Shown piece after piece: positions 12,655 to 23,502 of a stretch of DNA of 64,000 bases. Position 1 is the first letter of the stretch. Every line of letters starts with the position of its first letter. Location: contig OZ245006.1 of NCBI GenBank assembly GCA_965223545.1, positions 4,608,001-4,672,000 of the forward strand. Reading direction: 5' to 3'. Both the position numbers and the translations under genes were made by a program. The notes beneath the pieces were generated by a model. That model made no database searches and was not told where the DNA came from. It saw only the letters and a program-made list of their open reading frames with translations. The stretch comes from Planctomycetota bacterium (GTDB taxonomy: Bacteria > Planctomycetota > UBA1135 > UBA2386).

Positions 12655-13586
12655 AGTGGTACGGGCGTGCGGTCGATGAGCTCTTGCAGCACCGCCGCGG
12701 CGTCTCCACTGCCGCGCAAGAACACGCGGTGGGCGAGCACCGGGCGCGCCAGTGCCTTGAGGTCGTCGGGCACGACGTGATCGCGCCCGTCGAGCAGCGC
12801 GCGCGCGCGCGCTGCCCGCAGCCAGGCCAGCGCGGCCCGTGGGCTGGCGCCGAGCAACACCTGCTCGTGGCGGCGGCTTTCGCGCACGACGGCGTAGGCG
12901 TACTGCGCGACCGGCTCGCTGATGTGCACCTCGTCCACCGCCGCACGGACCGCGACCAGGTCTTGGCGGGTGACCACTGGTGTGAGTCGCGCCAGCCGCA
13001 GCTCCGGTTGGTCGCCGGCGTACAGCGCCAGCTCCCGCTCGGGCTCGGGATAGTCGAGCTCGACCCGCACAGTGAACCGGTCGAGGGCGGCCTCGGGTAC
13101 CGGGAAGGTGCCGTGGAACTCGATCGGGTTGCGCGTCGCCAGCACCGAGAACGGGTCGGCGAGCTCGACCGGACGGCCCTCGACCGACACGCGGCCGTTC
13201 TCCATCGCCTCGAGCAAGCACGACAGGGTGCGCGGGCTGGTGCGATTGATCTCGTCCGCCAGCACGATGTTGGCGAACAGCGGTCCCCTTGCGAATACGA
13301 ACTTCTCCGCCCGCGGCTTCCAGATGCTGGAGCCGACGATGTCCGACGGCATCAGGTCGTTGGTGAACTGCACGCGGTTGAAGTCGCAGTCCACGCAGCG
13401 CGCGAGGGCGCGCGCCAGCAGGGTCTTGCCGGTGCCGGGCACGCCCTCGATCAAGGCGTGGCCGCCGGAGACCAACGCGACCAGTAGGGTGTCCAGCACC
13501 TCTGGCCGCACGGCGACGACCGCTGGAATGGCGGTTCCGATCTCACGCCGCAGCGTGGCGGCATCGGCTGATAGGCTGACGGTCAA
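12651..13586 (-). CDS. MoxR-family AAA+ ATPase
   Basis: Walker A GVPGTGKT, RVQFTNDLMPSD, LADEINR, NPIEFHGTFPVPEAALDRF. Start uncertain (TTG chosen). Confidence 0.93.
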   Translation of the reverse strand: MTVSLSADAATLRREIGTAIPAVVAVRPEVLDTLLVALVSGGHALIEGVPGTGKTLLARALARCVDCDFNRVQFTNDLMPSDIVGSSIWKPRAEKFVFARGPLFANIVLADEINRTSPRTLSCLLEAMENGRVSVEGRPVELADPFSVLATRNPIEFHGTFPVPEAALDRFTVRVELDYPEPERELALYAGDQPELRLARLTPVVTRQDLVAVRAAVDEVHISEPVAQYAYAVVRESRRHEQVLLGASPRAALAWLRAARARALLDGRDHVVPDDLKALARPVLAHRVFLRGSGDAAAVLQELIDRTPVPL

Positions 13587-13728
13587 AGGTGCGCTTCCCC
13601 CAGACAGCAATCGGCCGACCCGCGTCTCCAGCTGGTGTCCGAAATCGAGACCGGAAATTGCTTCTTGGCATCGGGAGTTCACACTCCTCGACTCGACCTC
13701 GCTCCCGCATCGATTCGAAGAACAACGC

Positions 13729-15042
13729 ATGGAAGTGACCTACCTCGGGCACGCCGCCATCCTCGTGCGCAGTGGCGGCACCAGCCTGTTGATGGACCCG
13801 TGGCTCGAGGATCCGGCGTACTGCAACAGTTGGTTCCACTACCCGCCGCTGGAGCTGCGCATCGAAGACGTCGCACCGGTGGACTACGTCTGGTGCTCGC
13901 ACGACCACCCCGACCACTTCGACCGCAAGACCCTGGCCAAGCTGCCGCGTGATCAGAAGATCCTGGTGCCGCAGTTCGCTTCCGGTCGGCTGGGCCGTCA
14001 GTTGCGCGCCGAGGGGTTTACCGACCTGGTGCCGATGCCATTCGACCGCGAGATGGAGCTGGGGCCCGATCTGCGCGTGACCGGGATGCGCACCGATCTG
14101 GTGTGGGAAGACAGCGCGCTGGTCGTCGAGGGCGGCGGCGTGCGGTTGTTCAACATGAACGACTGCAAGCTCGGTGATGATCTGCTGCGTGCCATCGGCG
14201 AGCGCTACCCGCTCGACATCGCGTTCGTGCCGTTCTCCGGCGCGATCCAGTTTCCGACCTGCTATGGCTACGACGCCGCTGCGCTCGAGGAGATGTGCGC
14301 CGAGCGCCGCCAGCGGCATCTGCGCTGGTTCGTGCACCGCATCGAGCTGCTCGGGGCCAAGCGGGCGGTGCCGTTTGCCGGCAACTTCGCGCTGCTGCAC
14401 CGCGACCAGGTGTGGATGAACGAGCCCGAGAGCAACAACATCAACACCCCCGACGAGGCCATCGCCGCCCTCGCCGAGGGGCTGCCGCACGTCGAGGGAG
14501 TGCAGATGAACCCCGGCGACCGTTGGACCGTGGCGGGCGGGCTGGAGCTGCACAAGCCGGCGCCGGCGTTCGCCGACAAGATGCGTGAGGTGCGCGCGCT
14601 CGCGCGGAAAGTCGCCGACGACGTCGATGCGCTGCGGAGCAGCGAGCCGCCGGCGCGTTCGACGCTGCGCGCCGATCTCGAGGGCTACTTCGCCGGCGTC
14701 GCGCGGCGGCATCCGGAGCTGCCGGGCCGGATCGACGCCCGGGTGGTGATCGAGGCCGAAGGCAAGCACGGGGGCGTCTGGTGCCTGGTCTTCGACCGCG
14801 AGGGGTTTCGCTGCGAGGACTTCAACGACGGCGATGCGTGGAATCTGCGCATGACGATGTCTTCGTCGTTGCTCCAGCAAGCGGTCGATGGAGCGATCTC
14901 CTGGGACGAGCTCGCGCTCTCGTTCCGGGTCCGTTTCGCCGAGAACCCCGAGTTCTTCAACCAGGACTTCTGGGTGATGCTCTACAACAACGAGATGGAG
15001 TTCTTGGCGGCCTATCTGCGGGATCCCGCGCCCAAGTTCTGA
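13729..15042 (+). CDS. MBL-fold metallo-hydrolase (UlaG / CMP-Neu5Ac hydroxylase-like) with SCP2-like C-terminal domain
   Basis: MEVTYLGHA, DPW, SHDHPDH metal motif, DSA, NMNDC, VPFAG. Confidence 0.8.
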   Translation: MEVTYLGHAAILVRSGGTSLLMDPWLEDPAYCNSWFHYPPLELRIEDVAPVDYVWCSHDHPDHFDRKTLAKLPRDQKILVPQFASGRLGRQLRAEGFTDLVPMPFDREMELGPDLRVTGMRTDLVWEDSALVVEGGGVRLFNMNDCKLGDDLLRAIGERYPLDIAFVPFSGAIQFPTCYGYDAAALEEMCAERRQRHLRWFVHRIELLGAKRAVPFAGNFALLHRDQVWMNEPESNNINTPDEAIAALAEGLPHVEGVQMNPGDRWTVAGGLELHKPAPAFADKMREVRALARKVADDVDALRSSEPPARSTLRADLEGYFAGVARRHPELPGRIDARVVIEAEGKHGGVWCLVFDREGFRCEDFNDGDAWNLRMTMSSSLLQQAVDGAISWDELALSFRVRFAENPEFFNQDFWVMLYNNEMEFLAAYLRDPAPKF

Positions 15043-15061
15043 GCGCGTGGCGGTGACCGCG

Positions 15062-16408
15062 ATGAAGGTGCTGCACGTCGGGCACGGCTTCTTCCCCGAG
15101 AGCCAGGGCGGCGTCGAGTCGTACTTGCGCGATCTGCTGCGCGAGCAGGGGCGGCAGGGTCTCGATGTCACGTTGTTGACGGGCAGCATGGCGCCGTGGC
15201 CCGAGTGCGGCGTCGAAGAGCTGTCGATCGAGGGGCTGCGCGTCTTGCGGCTGCACCGGGACGACGCCTACTTCGACGTGCACAGCAAGGCCCATCACCC
15301 CGTCGTGTCGGCGTTGTTCGCCGAGCTGATTGCGCGCGAGCGTCCCGACGTCGTGCATCTGCACCAGTGGATCCGGCTGAGCAGCGACCTGGTCGAGGTG
15401 GCGTCCGGCCTCGGCGTGCCGGTCGTGGTCACGCTGCACGATCTGTACACCTCGTGCCCGCGGGCGTTTCGGGTCGACGCGCGCGAGCAGCCGTGCACGC
15501 GGCCGCTGTCGGTCGAGGCATGCGGTTGGTGCGTGCCGCGCTACGGCCACGAGGACGACGCGGAGATCGCGCTGGGCATCGACCTGCACCGCGACCAGTA
15601 CCAGGGCGAGCTGGCGTTGGCGTCGGCAGTGCTGGTGGCGTCGGAAGCCACCGCCGACCTGATTGCGGCGACCACTCCGTGTCCAAGAGACCGCTTCACG
15701 ATCGCGCCGCTCGGCTATCGCCGTCGCTACGACCAGCCGCTACCACCGCCGCCACTGCCCGCCGCGGGCGAGCCGTTTCGCTTCGGCTACTGGGGCAGCG
15801 TCGCGCCGCGCAAGGGTGGCATCGTCCTGCTCGAGGCGATGGCGCAGCTGATGCAGCAGGGGGCGCCGCGGCCGGTCGAGCTCTGCATCTTCGGCAAGTG
15901 CGACACCGAGGCGTTCCGCACAGCACTGCTCGAACGCGCCGCGGGCCTGCCGGTGCGGTTGCTCGGCCCGTACGACTACTCCGGTCTCGCCAGCGCCGGC
16001 GTGCACATGGCGGTGTTCCCAATCGTCTGTTTCGAGACGTTCGGCTTCGTCCTGGACGAGGCGCACGAGCTGGGCTTGCCGGCGATCGTCACCGATCACG
16101 GCGCGCTGCCGCGGCGCGCCGCCGGCGCGTCGATCGCGGTGCCGCCCAACGACGCCGCGGCGCTTGCCGCGGCGATGCGCTCGGTGCTCGAGGAGCCCGG
16201 GGTCAGGGATACCCTGGCGGCGCGGCTGCCCGCGCTGCCGCCCACTCCGGCGGAGCACGCGGCGGCGCTGCTGGCGATCTACCGGGCGCCAAAGGGTCCG
16301 GCGGCCGGCGGGGCTCCGGTCGTGGACCGCCGGCGGCGTGGGGCTTTTACGGTCAAGCAGCGCGAGAGTGCGCTGCGCGCCCTGCACCCCGGCCGCGGCC
16401 CGTATTGA
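15062..16408 (+). CDS. Glycosyltransferase family 4
   Basis: MKVLHVGHGFFPESQGGVE, VTLHD, PRKG, ETFGFVLDEA (EX7E). Confidence 0.88.
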   Translation: MKVLHVGHGFFPESQGGVESYLRDLLREQGRQGLDVTLLTGSMAPWPECGVEELSIEGLRVLRLHRDDAYFDVHSKAHHPVVSALFAELIARERPDVVHLHQWIRLSSDLVEVASGLGVPVVVTLHDLYTSCPRAFRVDAREQPCTRPLSVEACGWCVPRYGHEDDAEIALGIDLHRDQYQGELALASAVLVASEATADLIAATTPCPRDRFTIAPLGYRRRYDQPLPPPPLPAAGEPFRFGYWGSVAPRKGGIVLLEAMAQLMQQGAPRPVELCIFGKCDTEAFRTALLERAAGLPVRLLGPYDYSGLASAGVHMAVFPIVCFETFGFVLDEAHELGLPAIVTDHGALPRRAAGASIAVPPNDAAALAAAMRSVLEEPGVRDTLAARLPALPPTPAEHAAALLAIYRAPKGPAAGGAPVVDRRRRGAFTVKQRESALRALHPGRGPY

Positions 16409-16504
16409 TTTTGGCCGGCGCGGAACCATGGTTCCGCGTATCCACCGCTATGCTGCCCGGTTCGCTTCCCGGCGGGCCCCGCCGGCAGCAGCCTCCCGAA
16501 GATC

Positions 16505-17728
<1,224 letters not shown>

Positions 17729-17902
17729 CGGCGTGAGGGCGGGCGGCCCTGGACTCCTCGGCTGGCGGCTCGATGTCCGACCACGCGAGCTAGTGCTCGA
17801 GGGCGTCGGCCAGCGACGTAGGTCACGATCTCTATGTCGCAGTGGCCGTGCTCGCCGAATCCTGGCCCGGCCGCACGCGATCCTGGTGATCATGACGCAC
17901 AC

Positions 17903-18907
17903 TCAAGAGACCCGGCCCCGTAAGAGTTCCCCGGCCGCCTCCTCCATGCTCAGCCAGGGTTCGTCGTCCGGCCACGCCAAGGGAGCTGCGGGGAAGAAGG
18001 CAAGTCGGACGATCGCCTCGGGGTCCCGTTGGTCGTGGGGCCAGAGCTGGTCGAGCAGGAGGCCTGCCGTGTCCACGAACTTGCCCCGCCGGGACTCGGG
18101 CATCTCCGGGGAAAGCAGAGCCTGCGCCTTCTCCAGGGCTTGCTTGCGGGCCCGTTGGTCGGAGTTCTGCCGCCACACCTCCAGCAGCTGGAGCACGGCC
18201 AGGTCCGCGCCGTCGGCGACGACGATGGGACGCTCGCCGCGCCACTCTCGCCAGGTCTGGGACTCGGTGAACACCCACGGGGCGCTCAAGGAATTGACCG
18301 TCAGGGCGATCAGTAACGCGTCGGCCCGTTCCAGGTGCTCGCGGATGACGTCGCAGATGTGCTCGCCTGGCCGCAGCTCGGCTTCGGCGAGCCACCCGTG
18401 CACGCCGAGGTTGGCGAGGTGCAGTCGCAGGCGCCCGCAGAAGTGGCAGTCCAGCCCGGAGTGCGCCAGGAAGATCCGAGGGGCTCCTTCGCGCAGCGTG
18501 GGCAACGTCTCGAAAGGCAGCCCGGGACCGGTGAGCAGGGGCTCGAGCAGCTCACGCGGGGCATCGCCCACGTGTTCCACGAGCCCCCAGAGGCGCCTCA
18601 TGTCCCTGGCGTGGGGGTAGCGCGCGGGCCGGAGGACGGTGTCTTCGTTCGCCCACCACCAGTTCTCCAGGGCCTTGTCCAAGTCCCTGGCGTCGAACGG
18701 GTGACCTTCTTCGTTGATCAGGGGGCGCCCGCATTCTCGGCCGCAGGCAACCAAGCGCTCGGCGTCGAAGAAGCTCCGCGTCCGCTCCCCTTCCGCCTGG
18801 TCCAGAGGTACTGCGTGCTTGCTGAGCAGCGCCAGGACATCCCGGACCCAGGCTGGCTCTCTGGCGTTCTCAGAGCCGCTATTCACCGCTCTCGCCAACT
18901 TCCGCAA
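17903..18907 (-). CDS. TIR-domain protein (TIR_2-like)
   Basis: RIFLAHSGLD, LGVHGWLAEAELRPGE, IREHLERADALLIALTVNSLSAPWVFTE (candidate catalytic Glu). Start uncertain (TTG). Confidence 0.8.
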   Translation of the reverse strand: MRKLARAVNSGSENAREPAWVRDVLALLSKHAVPLDQAEGERTRSFFDAERLVACGRECGRPLINEEGHPFDARDLDKALENWWWANEDTVLRPARYPHARDMRRLWGLVEHVGDAPRELLEPLLTGPGLPFETLPTLREGAPRIFLAHSGLDCHFCGRLRLHLANLGVHGWLAEAELRPGEHICDVIREHLERADALLIALTVNSLSAPWVFTESQTWREWRGERPIVVADGADLAVLQLLEVWRQNSDQRARKQALEKAQALLSPEMPESRRGKFVDTAGLLLDQLWPHDQRDPEAIVRLAFFPAAPLAWPDDEPWLSMEEAAGELLRGRVS

Positions 18908-19352
18908 CCTGCTCGGCGCGGGGTGCAGGCGCTCGCCCGGTCGGACGGAGAGTCGGTGGGCGATGTTGCTGTGTGCCTCCTTGCTGGCGCAAGTGAATCG
19001 AATTCACCATCGACTTCGGATCACGAGGAGTTTGGAGTTTCCGCGGTGCCTCACGGATCGTGCAGCGATGGAACCAAGCCCGTCGAGCATGCGGCAAGGT
19101 GTCGAGCTTGGCAACTCCTGTGCGAACTCGCGCGCTAGTTCGCAACCACAGCGCGGAGCCAGCCAACACGCCCCTGCCGCTCAGGAGTAGCGGACGCCCC
19201 AGTGTTCCGGCACACGAGGCCGGGGTAGTGGGCGGTCGTCATTGCTGTGGGGCTCAGGGGCGAGAGGGACGCGGAGCCACGCCAAGGGACCACCGACGAC
19301 GGAACCACAACGGGGACCGCTTCCGCGTGACCCGTGCTGCGCCGTTTCTGCA

Positions 19353-19676
19353 ATGACAGAGCCCACCCCCGACATCTACGTCTCGCGGATGTCCAATCGC
19401 ACCGCGCAGACCATGACTCTCCACCAGTTCGCCGCTCGCTTCGAGCGAGTGGCGCCGGCGCCATGGTGTGTCGCCGCCGGGGTAGGCTCACGCGATGCCG
19501 CCGAGGACGTGGTGCAGGCGGTTGCCTCGCAGGCGATCACGAAGCCGAAGAACTTTGGGACAACCTGTTTCGCAGACCGTGCGGTCCGCTCGTGTCGTAT
19601 GACTCACGCCGCTGGACGAACGCCGCGGATTGCAGTGCCTGTCCGCGCGCGAGCAGCCACCCGCGAGTGCCCATGA
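19353..19676 (+). pseudogene. Truncated ECF sigma factor (region 2 remnant)
   Basis: FAARFE..WCVAAGVGSRDAAEDVVQAV resembles ECF region 2; no region 4 follows. Confidence 0.55.
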
Positions 19677-20484
19677 ACCCGAACCGCAAACAGCCGGCGG
19701 TGATTGCCGTGGTCCTCGCGCTGGCGATCGCCGTCTACTTCGCGGTAGGGCGGACCGGAGCACCGTCGATGACGACCGGCGAGCCGGCGGCGGACGAAGG
19801 AGTCGCCATGGGAGTTGCGAGCGGGCAGCCAACCGGCCGCCCGAGCACTGCGCCGTTGGAACGGGCCATGGTCCCGGTGCAACCGCAGGCCGACGAGAAC
19901 ACGGCACGGCCGGTTGGACCGAGTTTCTGGCCGGGGGTCACGCTCGACGTGCTCGACGCGCACACACGCGCGCCGCTCGCCGAGTTCCACTACCGCCGCA
20001 AGGAGCCGCTGCCGGGTCAGAAGCAGATCGACGGGGCCATGGCCGACACCGAGGAGCCCGGCCGTTTCCGTTTTCGAACCACACCCGGTGAGGTGTCGAT
20101 CTGGCCGCGCGGCCAGGGCACGCTCGGCTTCGGCCAGGCTTGGATGGACGTCGATCTCGTCGCGGGCCTCCAGACCGTGCGACTCGTGCTCAAGCCTGCG
20201 TGCCTGATCCGTTTCGAGTCCGCGTCGACGGTGCCCCAGCACGGCTGTCGGACGAGATCGGGGACTGGTTGCGGTACGGCACGATCAAGGGGATCCGCGG
20301 CGTTGGTCACGAGGGGCGATCGCTGGGCGGCACGCAGGAGCGATTCGAGGTGAGCGCGCCCGGGGTGTACGAAATCGACTTCGACGGGCTCACCAAGGAC
20401 CGCTTCCGATGGATTCCGGCGCAGCTCGCTTCGGTGCGCGCCGGCGAAACCACGAGCGTGGTCGTCGAACTGCACAGGAAGTAG
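19673..20484 (+). pseudogene. Membrane-anchored beta-sandwich protein, frameshifted near 20219
   Basis: N-terminal TM helix; protein-like reading CLIRFE continues in another frame as RVDGAPARLSDE...VRAGETTSVVVELHRK. Confidence 0.55.
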
Positions 20485-20782
20485 GCAGTCCCTCGGCAAT
20501 CACCACTGCCCCCCGGCCGGTGGAGGGCGCCGCCGGCCGCTCTGCCCGAATTCGGCCGCACGCTGTGCGCGCAGAGCACCGGGCGGCAAGAGCCGGATCT
20601 GTGCCGAGGCGCGCGGATCGCGTAGACGGTGTACTTCGGGCCGCAAGCCCCGCGGGCCCAGACCCGGCTCTTCTCCGCTGCGTCAGAATCCACCCCATCG
20701 CGTCCTCTGCGCGCGCCCGTTTGCGCATGGGGTGTGGGTGGTCACAGACGGCCGCCATTCACCCCTAACGACGAGGCTACCG

Positions 20783-23059
20783 ATGCAGCTCGTGGATCGT
20801 GTCTACCCAACCGTTGTCGTCGCTGCTGTCGCCCTGAGCGCGACCCTGGCGGCGTTCCCCCAGCAGCCGCCTGTCGACCGTTCCTCGGGCGAAGCGCTCG
20901 ATCGTCCGATCCCGATGAACGCGTTCTCGGTGCCAATCCACACGGCGGAGGCAGACAAGGGGCTGGAGTACGGCATCTGGGCGTCCGGCCCGGACTACAA
21001 GGTGTCGTTTCACGACGGGATGGCGTTCTACCCGATGTTGGGCAAGGACGCGCCGCGCAACCTACCGGTCCGCTGGGTGACGACCTCGGTGCGCGTTGGT
21101 GATCGCGAGCTCTTGCAAGACGCGCCGCGCACCGCGTACACCGATTGGCGTTTCGAGTTCCAACACGATGAGTTCACCGAGGCGTACGACGTGCGTGCCG
21201 ACGGTGTCGAGCAGACTTTCGTGCTGCATCGCCGCCCGGATGCGGTTGGCGACCTCGTCATTCGCGGACGTCTCGACACCGAGCTTCGTGCCGATCGCTT
21301 GCCCGCGCAGGTGAGTGATCTCGAGCTGCGCGACGACCGTGGCAACGCGGTGGTGCGCTACGGCCGAGCGCTGGCGTTTGACGATTCCGGAGCGACGCGC
21401 GACGTGTCGACGCAGTACGATGGCGACGCTGTTGAGCTGCGGCTGTCTCAGGAGTTCCTCGCCAATGCGACGTACCCGCTCACCGTCGATCCGCTCCTGA
21501 GCAATGCGATGGTTTCCCCTGGCGGAGGCACGATCTGGGGTGTCTCGATCGGCCGCAACGACAGCCACGATGAGCTCATGGTGGCCTTCCTTCGCGAGTT
21601 CTCATCCGGGGACGAAGACGTGTACGTTCACTTGCTGAAAGACAACTGGGCGTTCACGACACCGATCTTCACCGATGTCTCGACGCAGTGGGGGCATCGT
21701 TCCATTGATGTGGCCTACGTCGCCGGGGCGAAGCGCTGGGTGGTCGCCTACAACCGGACGTTTCAGTTCTCCAGCAGCGAGATGCGCGTGCACTACCACG
21801 ACGGCGGCGATTTCTCGATGAGCACCGTGCTGCAGTTCCTCACCAATGCTGACTTCGCCGACGACATCGCTGTGGGAGGTGCGACCGATCCGTCTTCCGT
21901 CGAGGCGTTGATCGTCTACCGCAAGGACGTCGGTCAGATCAACGGCCCGAACTCCGCTGTCCGCGGTTTCATCGTCGACGCAGCAACGTACTCGAAGCTG
22001 TCGGATTTCCAGATCAGCAATCAGAGCACTATCCACGATGCCGAGGCTTGCCAGGTCGTCGAACGCAGGCAGCTGGGCAGCGTTCCATGGCTCGTGACCT
22101 TCCACGAGTCTGAGAGGATCTATAACCCGGGCGATGACTGGGATCTCTACGTCACCCGCGTCTGGGACGATGGCCGGAGGGATAGAGTCGTGGAGATCGG
22201 TGACTCCAACATCGTGAACCACAGCGTCAGGCCGTTTATCGACGGCGGCCACGATCGCGCGATCGTCGCCTATCACGGGCTTCTCAATACGACGCCGGGC
22301 CCCGCCCCAACGTTCACCAGGCAGATCATGGTCCAGCGCGTGGATTGGTCGCTGTCGGCCAACTGGCCGGTCGTCACTTCTCCTGAGGAGATCATTCGGT
22401 CCTCGGAGTTTCTGGCGATTGGTGGAATCGCGTACGACAACCAAACCAGAAGCCACTGGACGGTTGTCGTGGCGCAAGTCTCGGGTCCCTCACAGATCGA
22501 GGTGCTCCGCCTCGGCCACGACAGTCGCGTTGCCGAGTCGGCAACCATCAGCGGTGGTACCGGCTACCAGTGGACGGCCGTGACGTTCGACGACGACGCC
22601 AAGGAGTACTCGATTGCATTCCACAGCGGCGGCAACGTCCTGGGAACCAAGCTCGCCTATCCCCAAGGTGCCGGCACCACCTACATCGGTACCGCCTGTG
22701 GGAGCGCGACGATCAGTCCGCGCGGCACGTCGCACGCGTATCTGCCGTGGTCGGGTACGTCGAACTTCGGCGTGGCACTCTACGGCGCGCCAACCGCCAC
22801 CTCGGCCGTCCTGATGCTGGCCGGCGGCACCAGCTCGATCCCGTTGGGGACGCTGGGGTTGCCCGGCTGCACCGTCTACCTCGACCCCGCGCAGCTGGCT
22901 GGCAGCATCGCGGTGCAGCTGACGAGCTCCTTCTACGACTTGCCGATGAAGATCCCGAGTGGCCCAACCGGCGACATCTACATGCAGTGGGTGTATCTCA
23001 ACCCCGGGGCGGTCGGTGGCATCGAGTTGACGCGTGGAATGAGTGTTGCTGTGCGTTAG
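20783..23059 (+). CDS. Large secreted protein with shared C-terminal domain
   Basis: Signal peptide; EAYDVRADGVEQTF...YPLTVDP N-terminal module, beta-rich middle, C-terminal GTAC...GC...Q...TRGM domain. Confidence 0.8.
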   Translation: MQLVDRVYPTVVVAAVALSATLAAFPQQPPVDRSSGEALDRPIPMNAFSVPIHTAEADKGLEYGIWASGPDYKVSFHDGMAFYPMLGKDAPRNLPVRWVTTSVRVGDRELLQDAPRTAYTDWRFEFQHDEFTEAYDVRADGVEQTFVLHRRPDAVGDLVIRGRLDTELRADRLPAQVSDLELRDDRGNAVVRYGRALAFDDSGATRDVSTQYDGDAVELRLSQEFLANATYPLTVDPLLSNAMVSPGGGTIWGVSIGRNDSHDELMVAFLREFSSGDEDVYVHLLKDNWAFTTPIFTDVSTQWGHRSIDVAYVAGAKRWVVAYNRTFQFSSSEMRVHYHDGGDFSMSTVLQFLTNADFADDIAVGGATDPSSVEALIVYRKDVGQINGPNSAVRGFIVDAATYSKLSDFQISNQSTIHDAEACQVVERRQLGSVPWLVTFHESERIYNPGDDWDLYVTRVWDDGRRDRVVEIGDSNIVNHSVRPFIDGGHDRAIVAYHGLLNTTPGPAPTFTRQIMVQRVDWSLSANWPVVTSPEEIIRSSEFLAIGGIAYDNQTRSHWTVVVAQVSGPSQIEVLRLGHDSRVAESATISGGTGYQWTAVTFDDDAKEYSIAFHSGGNVLGTKLAYPQGAGTTYIGTACGSATISPRGTSHAYLPWSGTSNFGVALYGAPTATSAVLMLAGGTSSIPLGTLGLPGCTVYLDPAQLAGSIAVQLTSSFYDLPMKIPSGPTGDIYMQWVYLNPGAVGGIELTRGMSVAVR

Positions 23060-23271
23060 CGCGCGACTGGTCGCTGACGCGGGCGATTCAGCCCTTTACG
23101 CGACCAGGTTCCGAAGGCATTCGGCAGCGCTGAAGTCGCGGTCGCCGAGGTGGAAGGCCGTGACCATACGCGCCCACTCGAGCTCGCTGGGCGGCGGAGG
23201 CTCGAGATCGGTGCAAGCAGGCGAGCTGCGACGGCACTGGGCGGGTTGGCGCCGAAGGATCAAGCGGAATC

Positions 23272-23500
23272 AGCGGCACCTCGCCGCCCGCGCTGGCGCT
23301 CGAGAGGGCGCTGGGCCAGACCCTGCGGCGGTACGAGGCGCTGCGCACGACCTTCGAGCAGGGTGACGACCCGCCTGATAGGGAGGCGGAGCCGCGCGAG
23401 GTCGTACACCCGCCGGACGACTTCGCGCTGCGCGTCGAGCGGGGGATTCCATGGCCCCATGACCCGCGAGGGGCAGCGCTCACGCGGGTCCGAGCACTCG
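23272..23500 (+). pseudogene. NRPS condensation-domain relic
   Basis: Frame +1 reads ALERALGQTLRRYEALRTTFEQG...EPREVVHPPDDFALRVE, matching the C-domain RHEALRTTF core; no start codon. Confidence 0.6.
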
Positions 23501-23502
23501 CG

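Noticed and set aside
9602..13586. MoxR-DUF58-transglutaminase operon as a novel system
   Set aside because: A widespread, already described gene triad.
18908..19090. In-frame extension of the TIR ORF to an ATG at 19090 through a single TGA (19004-19006); possible selenocysteine or readthrough
   Set aside because: No redox motif or recognisable SECIS at the expected spacing; long open frames arise by chance at this GC content.
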